Shown piece after piece: positions 27,351 through 41,886 of a stretch of 64,000 bases of DNA. The notes below the pieces were generated by a model. It was not told where the DNA came from, ran no database searches, and was given only the letters and a program-made list of their open reading frames with translations. The stretch lies in the NCBI GenBank assembly GCA_030141605.1, contig JAQGDQ010000289.1, forward strand, positions 1 through 64,000, in the 5' to 3' direction. The DNA comes from Tubiluchus corallicola (taxonomy: Eukaryota > Animalia > Priapulida). Numbering within the stretch: the stretch's first letter is position 1; each line of letters starts with the position of its first letter. A program made the translations under genes and the position numbers.

Positions 27351-29489
27351 CTAAATGCGCATTATAAATGTTATTTGTTATTTTATATATTCAAAAACCA
27401 GTACGTCCTATGTCTGCAATGATCACAATGTAACTTATGAAAGCAATTAAGTTAATTTTTCACATTAACTAATCGTTGACTTAATTAGCAAAATAGATGG
27501 GTGACGGTCGAAAAAACTAGGCAAGAATATTGTCCATACTGTCAAGGAATATTTTACTCGCCGATGGAGGATAAATACGCATTCGAGCGTGCCTAAGACA
27601 CGTCTATTGGTTCAGTTTCTCATTTCAGAGAATATTTCTTTGGGGCTATAGCCGCCACAAAAATTCAACATTAGCAAAAAGAGGACACATTAGCATGTGT
27701 TAAACTGTATAAAAATTAACAGTTCATCCTAGTTCACAAACAACCAGTAGGCTTACAAATTTGTACTGGGCCTAAATACTTGTAATTCTGAATGTATTTG
27801 TTCTCCAGGCAACGTGCTTTTTAATAATTCATAATAATTAGCTTTGCTCTACAGTAACTAATTTAACACTTTGGTCGTAAAAACAGGACGCTATCATAAT
27901 AAGGTTTATTGTTGTACAACAACAACTTCATGTATTTACAGCCTACATTCAAACGAATGGCGATTCGGCATAAATAATTGAGCCCGCTTATGATTAATAA
28001 TTGAGAGAAATTTTCTAAATTATTTATGTAAACTGGGTTGAATATAATGAAGTGCTGCTTATATTGGGCCGTAAAATGTTCATTTGCAAGTGTCGCATTT
28101 TCAAACAGCTAGATTAGCTGCATATTTTTGCCAGCAAAACAGAAAGAGTGATATTATTTCTGCCATAAAAGCCGTATTATGCAGGCATGCACTGCATTAC
28201 ACGTATTCCCACACTTCTTGTTATAAAATCGGGATGACACGTTTCAAACACGATGCAATCATTCTACTAATTGTACATTCATCTAATATACTTGTTTATG
28301 TAATTATTTAACAAAATAACAAACTGGCTCACGAGCCAGGGTGCTCCGAATATTCAAATAAGGAGCTGTGGACCAAATCCTTCAGGATAGACCTAGCAAG
28401 TCACTGAAGTATTTTTTGCTCAAGTAACTCATGGCGAACACAACTGAAACAACGGCTGACAGATGAAAATCTACCAGGAGGATGGTGAGAAAGAGAGAGA
28501 GAGAAATGTAATTATTTACTTGATTGTGAATGAAACTACCTTAAGAAAAACAAACAGGTCTTCACTGCTAAGAAAAACAAGAATTCAGAGCATCTTTTCA
28601 TAAGCACGTTTAACTAAAAAGACAAACAGTCTTTCTGAAGGTAAATTTGGTAAGCAATGTCATGCTGCTCTGCAAAATGAATGCATATAGCATCAAGAGG
28701 CTGGAAATATCTAAAAGTAGGAGACTGAGGGAGGGTTCCTGAAGAATCAGAAGAAGGCGTTGGTGTGTCGGTATAGAGTTATAATGAGAAAGCCAAAAAT
28801 CTCTATAAAAACAACATGAAAACTAAACCATCTTTGCAAAGATGTTAAGATAGCCAAGCTACGTTTGCACAGAAGTTTATAAAAAGTATAAGCAGGAAAT
28901 AAACCAAGAGAGGGGAAACCAAACATTGAATCTAAAGGACACAGTGATGGGGGCGATACACCAAGGTGACCAAGTCGAGCAGTTGACGTCCGGCATCTGG
29001 CAGCTAGTTTCGAGTGTCCGCTGTCAGAATCCTTGCTTTCATTACTCATTGACAATATACACATTCAATTTTTCACTTCCTGAGGCAGGACGATATTGGT
29101 GTATTATCACTTAAGAAAGCCAGATTTTCCACCACAGAAAGCTTACCAAGAGAATCCATGAAACCCAGTAAAGAGCCAAACATAATTTCTAAAAAAAAGC
29201 CCAGCAAGGAAGTTAAATGGTCTCTACAAATAATTACACCAAAGAAAACAAGTTCTGCACAAAGAAGCCAAGAAGAAGTCAGAAAATCAGATAGAACTAA
29301 TAACTTAGAAACGTAACCAAATCATCACTGCAAAAAGTTCACAAACAAGAACACCCCCAGAAAGGAAACACAGATGTTTGTTCAGAAATGCAAAGTAAGA
29401 AGGCCAGATCGTCTCCACGGAGTAAAAGACTGATCGTTTTCAGAGAAACGTAAAAATCTCTGCGAAGAAATACAGCAAAAAACATACTA

Positions 29490-29590
29490 TAGTCTAGCCT
29501 CGTTATCTCGCCCCTCTTTATGCCGCCAAACTCGTCTCTCGCCAAAAATTTGCCCTAGACGGACAGTGGCGCGATAACGAGGCTAGACTG
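29490..29590. mobile_element. About 100-bp pogo/Tigger-like mini-MITE
   Basis: TA|(T)AGTCTAGCCTCGTTATC...GATAACGAGGCTAGACTG|TA gives a 17-bp perfect inverted repeat with TA flanks. Confidence 0.82.
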
Positions 29591-30302
29591 TATATCATAA
29601 TTAAAATTTAAACGTTAACAGTATTGTTAGTTGACATAATACTGTATCACTAAATAGTGCCAAATCTAAATACTTTGTTGATCAACTCCATAAAGCATGT
29701 TTGCTGGCTAGTCATTTAGCCAGTCAACATCCCACCTAACATGGTTAATTGTCAACCAACTTGCACTATACGCTTTTACTCAAAATTTTCAGTCAGTAGA
29801 ATGCCGTGTAATCTCATGGCGCGTATTACAACCAAAGCACCCAGAACTATCATGCGCTATTATGAACGCACATTAACATCAATGACCACAATAAATGCCG
29901 CATGCACAGGCCACTTAACATTAACTAGTTCATTTATCACTGTTATTCTACTTAATATCCTAAAAAGCCATTTCGCCAGCACAATATTCTCCTCCACACC
30001 GTCAACAATTGGCAATTATTAGTCAATCAAAAATATTTCAGTAAGGAAAAAGTCAATTAATGTCAAAGCTTACAGGTAGTAATCATTAATCAATGGACGG
30101 CGAGAGGCGCTAGAAAGCTTGCCAAGTAAGAAGCCTGCTATGGATACATAGGTATTCCAGGTTTGCAACTGTTACCACAGCTTCATTCAAAATAACTACT
30201 GTGACTATGAAATACTGCATAATGGTATATACCTGCTACAGTTTTTGTCACCGATGTGGTATATATGCTTAGAAAAAGGGACGTGAAGGTATATCATGGA
30301 AG

Positions 30303-30390
30303 AAGGGCCGGATTATGACCTTTTGGGGCCCATAGACTAATAGGGCCCTAGGGTGCAGCTGATACTAGCCTATAGGATAATCCGGCCCTG
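30303..30390. mobile_element. hAT-like mini-MITE
   Basis: AGGGCCGGATTAT...ATAATCCGGCCCT(G) 13-bp inverted repeat with internal GGGCCC motifs. No clear 8-bp TSD. Confidence 0.65.
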
Positions 30391-32618
30391 CATCGAAGGT
30401 CAGTGTAAAGTAGTCTATAAGTTTGTTACAGTCCAATTTGCTAAGCATTTTTGCGTTTTAAACGCGATTGGCTTATAGAATGTTTGTAAAGCATGTACTT
30501 ATAACTTATAGGCAGAGTCGTTGACATTCGGGGATAATGCTCGTGATTTCTTTAGATTTTCTAAAAACAACATTATTTATAAGTCATACGAACAGCAAAC
30601 GATAAGAGTTAAGAGTCATCATTATAAGAGCTATCTATCCTAGCTACGTTTGTACCAACAAACAACATAAATGCCATTTCGCTTGAATGCCTTGATTAAC
30701 CCAACCATTTGCAATAAAATATTAAACACAGTTATGGAGTTTTGCGTACTGAAAGAATTGCAAACACTTTAAATCTTCAGCTAACTCTCAACAGTGACAT
30801 TTCTGCCCAGTAGAGCAATCAACAAGACCTAATAACACGCTATAAAGCACGATAAAGTACTCAACGCTGCTTGTCCGCACTCATTTGCATGAACACAATG
30901 CAAATCGGAAATCAGATAATTTCATAAAATCGCTTTTCGCGCGCTAAAAGCTTCAGGCGGGAAACGCAAAACGGGGAGGCGAACTTCACAGCGCATAACG
31001 CACGCCAAACTATGACGCAAGATAATGTATTCAATTAGCGACTACGGGGCGAAGAGCTGGCACTCGGAGAACCTCTAACTAATCGTGAGAATATCTGATT
31101 TAGTCTGTCACGGTGAATTACCGTAACTTCTAAAACAAATGCGAGTCCAAGTCGATGTGTCACGCGGTCTCTAGGGAGGTTAGTAGAGTGACGGGTAAAG
31201 TACAGCATGAGAAAATGCGAAGCCAGTTTATAATGTCATGCAAGAGACTCGGTCGAGTTATTTCGATGAAAAATTGATAGGAAAATAATGGAATATAAAC
31301 TCTTTTCCGGTGGTGACTGACAACCATGTTTCTTCACAAGACAATTTTGTGACATTGACGTGTTCTAAATGTCTCCATAGAACGTGTGTGTCCTTGCAGT
31401 ATAGTCAACAGATATTAAATGTACTGAGCTGCTGGCTAATAAGAAAAAATAAAGGAGCCACAATCGTAATAAATAAACACATGCTGGTAATTTTGGGGAA
31501 CAAACCTTCATTAACCGATGCAAACAATTTTGAGCAATCTTGTGGCAGCTCAATTATTAAAAAAATCCCAGTAAAATTTCTCATGTATGTCTTTTTTTAC
31601 TACTGTCGTCGTTTTTATTTAGAAGTCACTCTTTCACATAATTTGAATAAGGAGTATAAACTTCTTAGCATAAAATTGGCTCCTTCCTTGACTATAGTTA
31701 ATATTTCCCACATAGATAAATAAAAATTGGCATGTTTTTTCACAATTATATATATGGAGATTGCGCAGTTAACACTAAAATTGGATCTGCATGCTATTTT
31801 CAATAGATACAGAACTTGCAGCAGCACAGCGTTAGAACAAACTTTCTGGTTATTTACACTATTCACAGCATAGCAAATTTTCAACTTTCTAAGATTTCAA
31901 AATATCTGACATTGTGAACAGCGTCAGCTGTTTGCTGCTAGACTGCAAGCATTTAGAAAAATAAAATCAACAACAAATTTATATTGTAAACATTGCAAAT
32001 AATCTGGCTTAATCTGTACAGCTGTACAGACCTTTCTTCAAATGCCTGGCAACAGTATTTAATAATATTGCTGTAAATCTGTCTGTATATTGGCTGGCTG
32101 TTAACGTTGATGGCTAATTTGCCAATAATTTTAATAACAAAGTTAATAATACTTATTACAACTACTGTGAGGGAAAAATTTTTGTTTATGCAATAGCTGG
32201 AAAAGAAGTATTCAGAAATTATACAATCTAATTTACTTTCCTGCTTAACGAAACACATTTTATTATCCCAAGTTCATAACCTCTCAAATTTTCTACAGTA
32301 ATTATTATTTATGTCCCTGGGCAAGTTTACGCCTTAATGATCATAACGACTGGTCAAACATGTAATTATATTGTTAATTTGACTGCATAAAACGAGTTAT
32401 ATTTAATCTTCAAGTGCAAATTAAAATGGCAGGCTCCTTATTAACTGGGTAAAGCATGGTAATACCTGCTTTTTTTCTTTCTGCATTTTCATATCGGTTT
32501 TGATAAGGTTATAAAAAGTTACAAAAAAGAAATTGTACATCGAGTCATCGACTGTTAGAGGATTATAGAATGTAAGGGCGTATTCACACCCATCCAGCCG
32601 GTAATGGAAATGCAGAAA

Positions 32619-32634
32619 ATTATTATTATTGTTA

Positions 32635-32723
<89 letters not shown>
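32619..32723. repeat. (ATT)n microsatellite
   Basis: Near-perfect trinucleotide run. Confidence 0.97.
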
Positions 32724-35700
32724 TAGGAGGTACCGCGCAACAAACGAGTTGTTTTTGTAATAAATTTTGGTTAATAAATTAGCAAAGACCTACTCTACGT
32801 TTTTAGATTGGATTATGAAATAATAAATAAATAAAGTTACAGGCACAATAAAGTTACAATGTTTAAAATGTTCATATCAAAAAATTGTCAATGTCTGTCT
32901 AATTCTTTTCTGAATTTAGGCAATGTTCGTTTAAGGTCAAATAGCTGATACATCAAAGTAATACATAAATTATAAAACAAAAATATATTTAAATTTGCTT
33001 AGAACTTGTGATAATGACTACTTGGTGTAAAGCTCCCAGATAGCCCGAATTCTCTTAACCTTTGTTTTATTGCTTTTCACTACGCGCCGTTCACATCATC
33101 AAATGATACCTCTTTTCTTGTCAGCAGCAATAAACTTGACACAATGCAGCAAAAGTATTGACGTGATCAGCCACTCCTATAAACCTGTTCGGACACAAGT
33201 TCGACTTTACTATCATCATTTAACACATTCAATTAAATTTTTGACACTTTTATTGTACTATAAACTACTATATACGCGGCAATAGTTAACATGCCAATAA
33301 TTATTTACTGTTGATGACTCAGACTTGTAGCCTTTCTTATTGAGTCGGAAGCGTTTGATAAAAGGACTTGACAGGCTTGGTAGAGGTAGTCTTACTAGAT
33401 AATAAAAAAGCAGTGAACTTTGATTAAGATTAAGATGCACAGCCTAAGCTTGAAAGTAAATCGTATATGGCGACTAGCTAAGTAGCTAACAAAACGTGGT
33501 AGTGACTAAATGTATATATCATTGAGCGTTGCATATCAGGTTAACTTGTATAAAATCATTTTTTTCTGTGCATTTAGCATTTGTGAATAAGCAACAAAAA
33601 TTTCCGCTTTATCTAATATAACTGTGGCCTTTTGCAACCTGGCATAAAGTTCCATATAAGATGAACATGCAAAATATAATGCTTATACAGAAGATGACCT
33701 ACCCAGGTGTAACAAACAAATATTGCAGATTTGCAGTGCGATTTTACTTAGTGACACAGGTATGAAATAATTAACAGATGATAGCAGGTAGCAAAGATGA
33801 CTGCGGTATATGTACCGAGACCGACCTACATAATTTGTAAAAGTACATAAATAATCAGAATACCATTTGAGGTTTGTAGTGATTTATGTTAGCAGAAACG
33901 GAAATATGACGGTTTGCAATATACGTATAATGTTGTGATATGCATAGAAATTAGGTTAAAAAGAATGAACAGGCCTATGGATTTATTTTTATGTGAGAAA
34001 ATAAGCCTGACAATGATAGTGGTAGTGGTGCTGGTAATAGTGGTGGTGGTGATGGCTGTAGTGATTATGACGGTGAAGTGATGAAGATGACGATACGATT
34101 ACGGTGAGGACAGGCAATAATGATGATGATGGTGACGGTGATGATAGTAGTACAAGATAGTAGTGGAGGTGGTGAAGATGATGATTATGTTAGCAAAGAT
34201 GAAGATGATGATCATGTTAGCAAAGACAGCAACAAGTTTTTCATGTTCCTCTGGAAACTAGCTTGATTTTTAATTTTCTGGTTACACGATTAATATCAAC
34301 ACGAACGTCCAACTCCAAGCTACTTTTTTACCTGCGTCTCCTCTCCTTCCCCACCTTCAGCTTTTACTGCTCATTTTACATTCGTCTTTCATTGACAATG
34401 ACCTGAATACTGTAGTTTTGAAAGCGAACAGAGCAAGCTCGGATTAGAGTGAATTTAATCTGTTAATCTGTAAGTTCGCTTAGCCCCAGGGATTTTGCTT
34501 AGCTCAAGAAAAGACCATTAGTCCACACCTGTACATATGTTTACTGGCTTGTAAACACGCTGTAGTTAGTTGTAAATTTGTCCAAATTTTGGTCACTAAG
34601 CTCTACCTCAATCTGTCGCTAATTAAAAAAATAAACGAATTGTCTCAAAAACAATCCAGAATTTATGTCTTCAGCAAACACGTATAAATTCGGTTGACTG
34701 CCTTATTCGGATTCTGTCTTACACATTCACTAAACCACAACTAAAAGAACGCTACGATTATATCATTGTAATAGTGAGGTTTATGTTATAATATAAGGCT
34801 TATTTTATATTATATATGATATTATATTATATCAAAATGAAAATTGTAAATCTCAGACGGAAATAAATGCAAAATGGGGATGACGTTGCATACCTACTCC
34901 AGCCGTTGCTTCAAATTGTTACACTAAGCGGCACGTACTTGCACGTGCTTTCGTTACTGTCATTTTTTTCTGGAACACGGTATTAATTTAGTATTTTCTC
35001 AAGCAAAAGCTGTAAGTGATGTCATACTTATGAGAAAATGAAATCTTTTTAACAGTGTTACTTTTTAGTCTACGGTAGTCAAATCTTTATAAGCCCATAA
35101 AGCCTACTTAGAGCGTCAAGTACTGGAATTATCTTCCTGAGCATGTTAATTGGTCTCCAATGGTAAATGTCGCCTCCAGCAAACTGTTTTGTCAAAGATG
35201 AGTAAAAATTCATTTTTCAACACATTTGCGTTTTTGCAGACACTTTACTCTTTGTGTCTCTCCTGTATCCATTTAATTTGTCTTGTTTATTATTATACAA
35301 CTTTTATCGCTTTATGCAGTTAATTTTTATTGTATGTATGGATACTCTAGGTGATAAAATAAATAAAAATACACGAAGCTTTACGTTACTTCGGTTTTTA
35401 CAATTTATTTAACTGACTAGTAGGCTCGGAGCCTTATTAATATAAAATTTAATTACACCCAAACAGTTTTCAGAGGACAAGATCTCTGCACATCAACATG
35501 TAGCTAAAAAATCGTCTGCTAAGAAACAGAAAAACGAGTTCTGTGAATAGTATGTAGTGCACAACTCACTTAGTAAAAATAAATTAATTATATTACTTCG
35601 TGAATGATTTCTAATAACTGCTGAGCGTTACTTACATTTTTAAGAATTATCTTTTTTGCTAACCTCTACTAAGCTATTTTTTCTACTAACCGCTTCACAA

Positions 35701-37119
35701 ACAAGTATAAAATTGCTAAGTGTACTATTTACCTTATATAACTTGATTTTGTATTAATTGTATTTTGTTACATGAACCTAAGTTCGCTGATATTTCACGT
35801 TATGTTGTCTACCTGTGACAGACTTACGTCTACGTACATATTAGACTTGGGCTTATGTTAGACTAGGGTATATTAGACTAGGGTATATCGAGGCATTTCA
35901 TGTTGGTTATTTTCGCATTCTGTACTAAAGTGCAGATTTGTAGTGTACTAAAGTGAAATCATTTTACTTTTCTAAGACTGCAAAAACTGATATCAACAAT
36001 GTGAACTTCTAAATGGGCAATGGAGCGTCCCTATATACATGCTACCACACAAATTTAATGCACGCGGTTTTACATGACACAAGCGCATTAAACATGCAAC
36101 CCTGCGGGACGCCCTTTTAACTCTAAAACCATCTATCCATTTTAAAATTTCACAAAACGCCACATTGTAGATTTTGGCGGTTGTGAGTCGGACCCGGGAA
36201 AGTACCGTCCCAACCGCGTGTGGCGTTGTATACATCTTTACCAAAATAATAATATTCACAGTCGGAGGCCGAGAAATCTCGCGGCTTATACCAACCTCTT
36301 CTACTCATTCTAACCAACAAAAGAGCAGCATTATGGGCAGACCTAGCGCCAATGTGGTTAAGGTAATGATTATGCGGTTTCCTAGATAAACCTTTCGTAT
36401 TTTTAGCGGGTGATTACAAAAAATTATCGCAGCATGTGCATACGGGTATTACGATTACCTATAATGAATTTTTGTAAGAGATTTACATGTGTACCAGCAC
36501 GCGCCAAAATAGCACCTGCGACGTAATGGGTTAGTAATCACTTGTAAAATCAAATAGCGTCCTTCCTGCTGGTAAAATTTTAATTAACTGTCTTTAGCTA
36601 AATGCGTTCTTTTATACAATTTTCGCCAAAAAGGTTTTTTACCATCATTGCGTATGCGTTACCCCATTATATAGTGACCCATAATTGAACAAATACTTAT
36701 TGACTGCCATCCACAAATATATAATTATAGTCAACCGCATTACAGATACAGTTTTATCTTTTACTAGTTATTAGTTGGCCTATTTATTGGAAGTTTCCGG
36801 AGAAAATTGAAAATTAAAGGTCTATATTAATATTATATATGATGAGTGTCGATCCAGAAGTTCACCAAGCATTGCAATAAGTTACGATTTTACACTTAAA
36901 CGCGTGTGTGGTTCACCTCTAAACCTGTACACTGTACAGCATTAATGATTACAGCACCGACTCTCACGTTTGACACTTTATACAATCTTGACGTTTGACA
37001 GATCCTCATAAGCAATGAAGGTACGCGAAGAGCAAACAAGGCCAAACGGTTTTCATGTCCAAATATCGTACAACAGGTTTTGTATGTCGCTCTTGACCAC
37101 ATTGAACAATTTTTACGAT

Positions 37120-37985
37120 TGTCCCGTGGCCATTCAATGCCATTGCCAAAACGGCCTCATCCTCACCTAGCACCTACACTTGACACTTTGAGGGACAAAA
37201 TCTGTTGTTGCAATTGTTAGAATCCTGGATTCTCCCTCCATGTGGATCAGGGTGAGGATAAACTATTTTTGTCATAGCTGGGTTGGAACACAAGTGACAG
37301 CTGCAATCACCTATAAATGTGATTCCTCGCATTTGAAGCGAGCTATACCCAATGTTCCTCATTCCCTCCCTTCTCGAGGGGAGATGATCACTGCATGTCA
37401 TCACTTAAAAGTTGTCACTCATCACCAAGCACCTACACTTGACATTTTGTACTACAATACCCGGCTTTACAACATTATAGTTGCAATTGTTAGGATCCTG
37501 TATCCGTCATACCTCTCGAAGTGGGTTAAAATATTTTTTGGTCAATGTTGGATTGTAGTTGACAGGCCACTCTAATTCCTTACATTGAGCTGACTCAAAT
37601 TCTCCCAATATACTCTCTATTGGTCTTCCTTTCCTCTCTCCTATGGGAGAGAGAGTCATTGCAAGCCATTGCCAAAAATTTAACGCTCATAGCCTAACAT
37701 CTGACAATTGACATTTTCAGGAACAGACCTGCCTTTATGACATTATGGCTGCAATTGTTTCAATTCTTGATCCGCCCTCCCCCCGGAGGGGTTGAAATAT
37801 TTCTTTCAACGTACATTTGACATTTTGAAAGACAAAACTTGCCTTTAGAACACTATGGTTGCCATTGTTCGAATCCTGGATTCGCCATTAGAAGGGGTTA
37901 AAATAATTTTGTTAGTGTTGGGTTGTCAGTAGGTGATAGGCCACTGTAATTCCTCGCATCGAGCTGACTCGGGTTTTCCCACTTG
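37120..37985. repeat. Degenerate tandem array, 260-270 bp period, 3-4 units
   Basis: CACCTACACTTGACA(C/T)TTTG...TGCAATTGTT.GAATCCTG recurs near 37171, 37430, 37700 and 37812. Confidence 0.8.
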
Positions 37986-40900
37986 GCCAAAACCAAAATT
38001 GCTGTGTAACAGTTTTGACGTTTCTACCTATTCTGGATACATCTTCGGGATGACCTTGAACCGTGACCATCATCTTGTCCCAAGTTATCCCATACTAAAA
38101 ATCTCAAATTCCAAACTAAATTCCACTAAAAAACGAATTGATGTTGCAGGAGAAAGTGAAGCAAAATGATGCTGGGACAAAACAATTCTTAAGAAACAAA
38201 ATCTTTTTAGCATTACCATGCAGCTTACTCTCGACCTACGGTTATAAGTCAAGATTTAGGCCTAAATGTTTACTAAAACAAAATTATTGTTCGTTCTCTA
38301 AGTTTAGAGACACTTTTGTTTGCAGAGCGTCTATACCGGTACAACATGTGTCCTACAACGGAAATCACAGGCATGACAGAAGAAATGAACAATGACCAGC
38401 TTGTAATAAAGCCATTCTCGCAGCGAATTAGTTTCATGTATAACTCAGCTTAACTATGGTCAGAATATCACGACCAAAGTGATCTTCAAATTACCGACCG
38501 TGTATATATTTGAAAATTTTGACAAGAAAATGACAAGAAAGACAAAAAAGCCCTGTGCGCAGCAATGTCTACACCCTCATGCACGCGATGGGAGGCTGAT
38601 TGCTTTCATAATTTTCTCCTGTTTGTCTGGAATGAACAAGAGAATTTTTTGAAACAATTTATTTGCACTACCACGATTGTTTGCCGACAAGTTTTTCACG
38701 TCTTGTTTGATTTTCATTAGCTCAGTTTACAAGTTGTCATAAGGCTGTCACCAACCGCAATCGTGCGATTTTTGACACCTGAATGCGTAATCACAGTGAA
38801 TCTGGACGCAGTTTTAATCTCCCAAATTGCAAATTGGACACACTCTCGTAGGTAAGCAGACACACACAGAAATGCACCGGCTCTGTATAATCAGTTAAAT
38901 ATCTTAAAAGCTTAATTGACAATCTTTGCGATAAAAACAACGTTGATCACTGTGGGAAAGCTTTTATGTAACTTTGACGCAAATCTTCAATTTGAAGGCA
39001 TTTTACATAGTAAACTTACAGTTTCGAAGTGTATAATAACCACTAACTAAAATAAGATGTAAACATGCCACAGAGATTAGAGATTTCCAAAGGAAAAAAA
39101 TCACTCCCATCCCAACCAGCCTGATCGATACCAAGGTATTAATATTTCATGAGAATTTTCGCAGGGTTTCAACTGATGTCCACCACCTTAAAAGAAATTC
39201 AAAAGCTTTCCGTGACTAATGCAAAACTGCTTTACATTCCTGATCCGAGTCATAGTTTTGCATAGGCCAGCTCGTCGCACACAACAGTTACATCAAGTAC
39301 TTATAAACATGAGCGGCTCACACTGTCCATAAATGCAAATTCCATTAATACTACTTAACCATTCCAAATCGTTTTTCTCACCACATTCCTCTGACAGTTT
39401 TGACCACAAAATACCGGATGACTGGCAAGTTACTGTAACTCATTTCAAAAGGTCTTGTCAGCACGTAGTAATTTTATTAATTTAACATGTCCCTCCTCAA
39501 CGTGACATCGTGTAATCAATTATCTCAAACAAACTGTCACGTTCAGGGCTTTCTTTGTCCATCAAAGTTTTTGCCAGGTAAACAAATGAAGAATGACATG
39601 AAATGGTTCCTCTTCAACTCTCTCATCACTTGAGATGTCTGATGGGTCTTCTTGCTTAATTTAGCTGCCAAATCACTGTCAGAGCGCTAATAGGCGAAAC
39701 CTCCAAATAGCTACAGAAAAAAGAGTACTGAACTGACGTTAAGGCAAACATCCAACAATATAATTAGGTAGAGTTGAATATGACATCTGATTATTGAGTC
39801 TAATTACTGCTTCGGCATTACGAAATATTTCTTCATTTACAGGATTAATCATATAACAACGAAATATGTACTAGCAATAAGTCACAAGAAGCATCCGTTT
39901 TAAAACAATGTCAACGGCAGAAACTACACAGAAATAGGCAAAGAAGATGACCACTATAATTATCAGCAAACCCAATTAATACGGCCTGTCATGCAGATTA
40001 CTTCTAAAGCAAAATAATCAAAAGTATGCAAACATCACGTTAAGTAGTAACCAACGTAGCCAATACAAATGGTCGTGAAGCTCTCACTACACTACAGTCA
40101 CTTCACTCTGGCAGAAGCCAATCTAAATACATGTAGTAGTATCCAACAATGACAGTAGCATACATATAGGCTACCATTGCTCATCATCTTTACTAGCCCG
40201 TGTTTCATTGGCATATAGTTATATAAGTATAGGAATCTAATAAATAATCTAACAATATAGTTAGTAGTATTTTTGGCATTGACTACGAAGCTTCACTCTA
40301 CATAACGAAGACGGATTACAATTTTGTACAGTTTTCGGACTGACATTCGGTCACGTTGATGAGCATCAGCCATGACGCAAGATTCTCTTAGTAAACGCTA
40401 CCAAATAAAATGATAATCTGAAGTGAGGTTACCTCAAGTATAGGATAAGAAAAAATAAGATAGTAATGGAGAAGCCTGAACCTGTCAAGGATGTCAATGG
40501 CAATAACACGATTGTAGGTTTAAACTTGTACAATAATTCGGTTTTTGTTCCTACATTGAAAATGTTGGAATCCATTATACTAGCGAACTCAGTCTTTTGG
40601 GACGTGGCGGTTTCCTGAGATAAGACTTCATCAAAATTCTGTAAAGATCGCAAGGCAAACTGAAATCACAATGTTTAATTATTCTTCTATATTACCAGTG
40701 ACCAATCAACAAAACAAACAGTGTGACGGGTTGTATGCTATTCTGTCCACAAACGTTAGCAGAGAACAATGTTACTGTCATACGCATATGCCACAGTTAC
40801 AAGCTACGGGCCATAGAGCTGTATCATTTTACGTAGTTTGCTTTGTTTACTCTATTTACCAGGTCCCGAGCACAAAAGCTCCGAACGCATAATGGTCATC

Positions 40901-41688
40901 AAACCCAAACAAACAAGCTGACGTTTTTTCAACACTTCTGGCACACTGTGTTGACAACATTATCACGGTAACAATTTTTCCATAATTGTTGTAAATTGTA
41001 CCAGTAAGTCAGCCACCGTTGTTATTATGAGAGAACAAGTTAATAGTAAAATGAAAAGAGAGCTAAAAGAAATAGATGCACTCAGTTATGCAAACATGGT
41101 TTTTTGCAAATTTCTTGAAATATCATTTATAGAACCCGCATAAAAGAATTAATATTTCCAGGGTCCAACCTTAAGTGAGATATTAAAATTGAACCCGCAC
41201 TTTGCCAGCCATGCAGCTCCCTCACCTATTGATATTACCAGCATTGACAATATGAGAGATTACTCATGAAACCTCGCTCTTAATAGCTACTATTTTAAGA
41301 TCAGTTTTGACCGATTCTTTATTCTCTTAAATACTGAGGTATTTGTCCAGACCTGACAAGCAACTGAAGCAAGTTATCTTTAATACTCAAAAAGTAAAAC
41401 GACAGAAAAGGGGTATTTCTGGTGCTTATTGTCCATATTATGCTCGTATTTATAATTAAATAGTTTATTAGGTAACAGGACAGAAAACTGCAAGTCTTGC
41501 AAGCCTGAAACAAGCCAAGCTAATTTATAACTGTGTAATATTAAAAGTTAAAAGGTTTTTACGAGTGATTCTTTCTAGTGATCAAGCAAGTAGCTACACG
41601 CGCCCGTCAAAAAACCATATAGGTGAATCATAGAATTCCATTGATGGCAATATCGAGTGACTAAATCCTTATGCCTCCACGTACTCAC

Positions 41689-41886
41689 CCCTGTATCATG
41701 ATGTGAGTGTGCACTTCCAGTAGCGTCACGTGACTGACCTTCGTCATCACTCCCTGCCGATTTCAAGCCAGCTTCAACGCCACCTAGAATGCCGTCCCGT
41801 GTCTCATCTATGACCAGATCTATGGGCATCTTCCCTTTTAGACAGTTTATATACCTTTGGCAGAAGTTATCACATAATTCGTGGAC
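41689..41886 (-). CDS. Meis: Meis/homothorax coding exon 5, end of MEIS domain plus linker
   Basis: Translates [32 protein letters not shown]...HHDTG. Acceptor TTTTAG, donor GGG|GTGAGT, 198 bp, phase 0/0. Confidence 0.96.
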
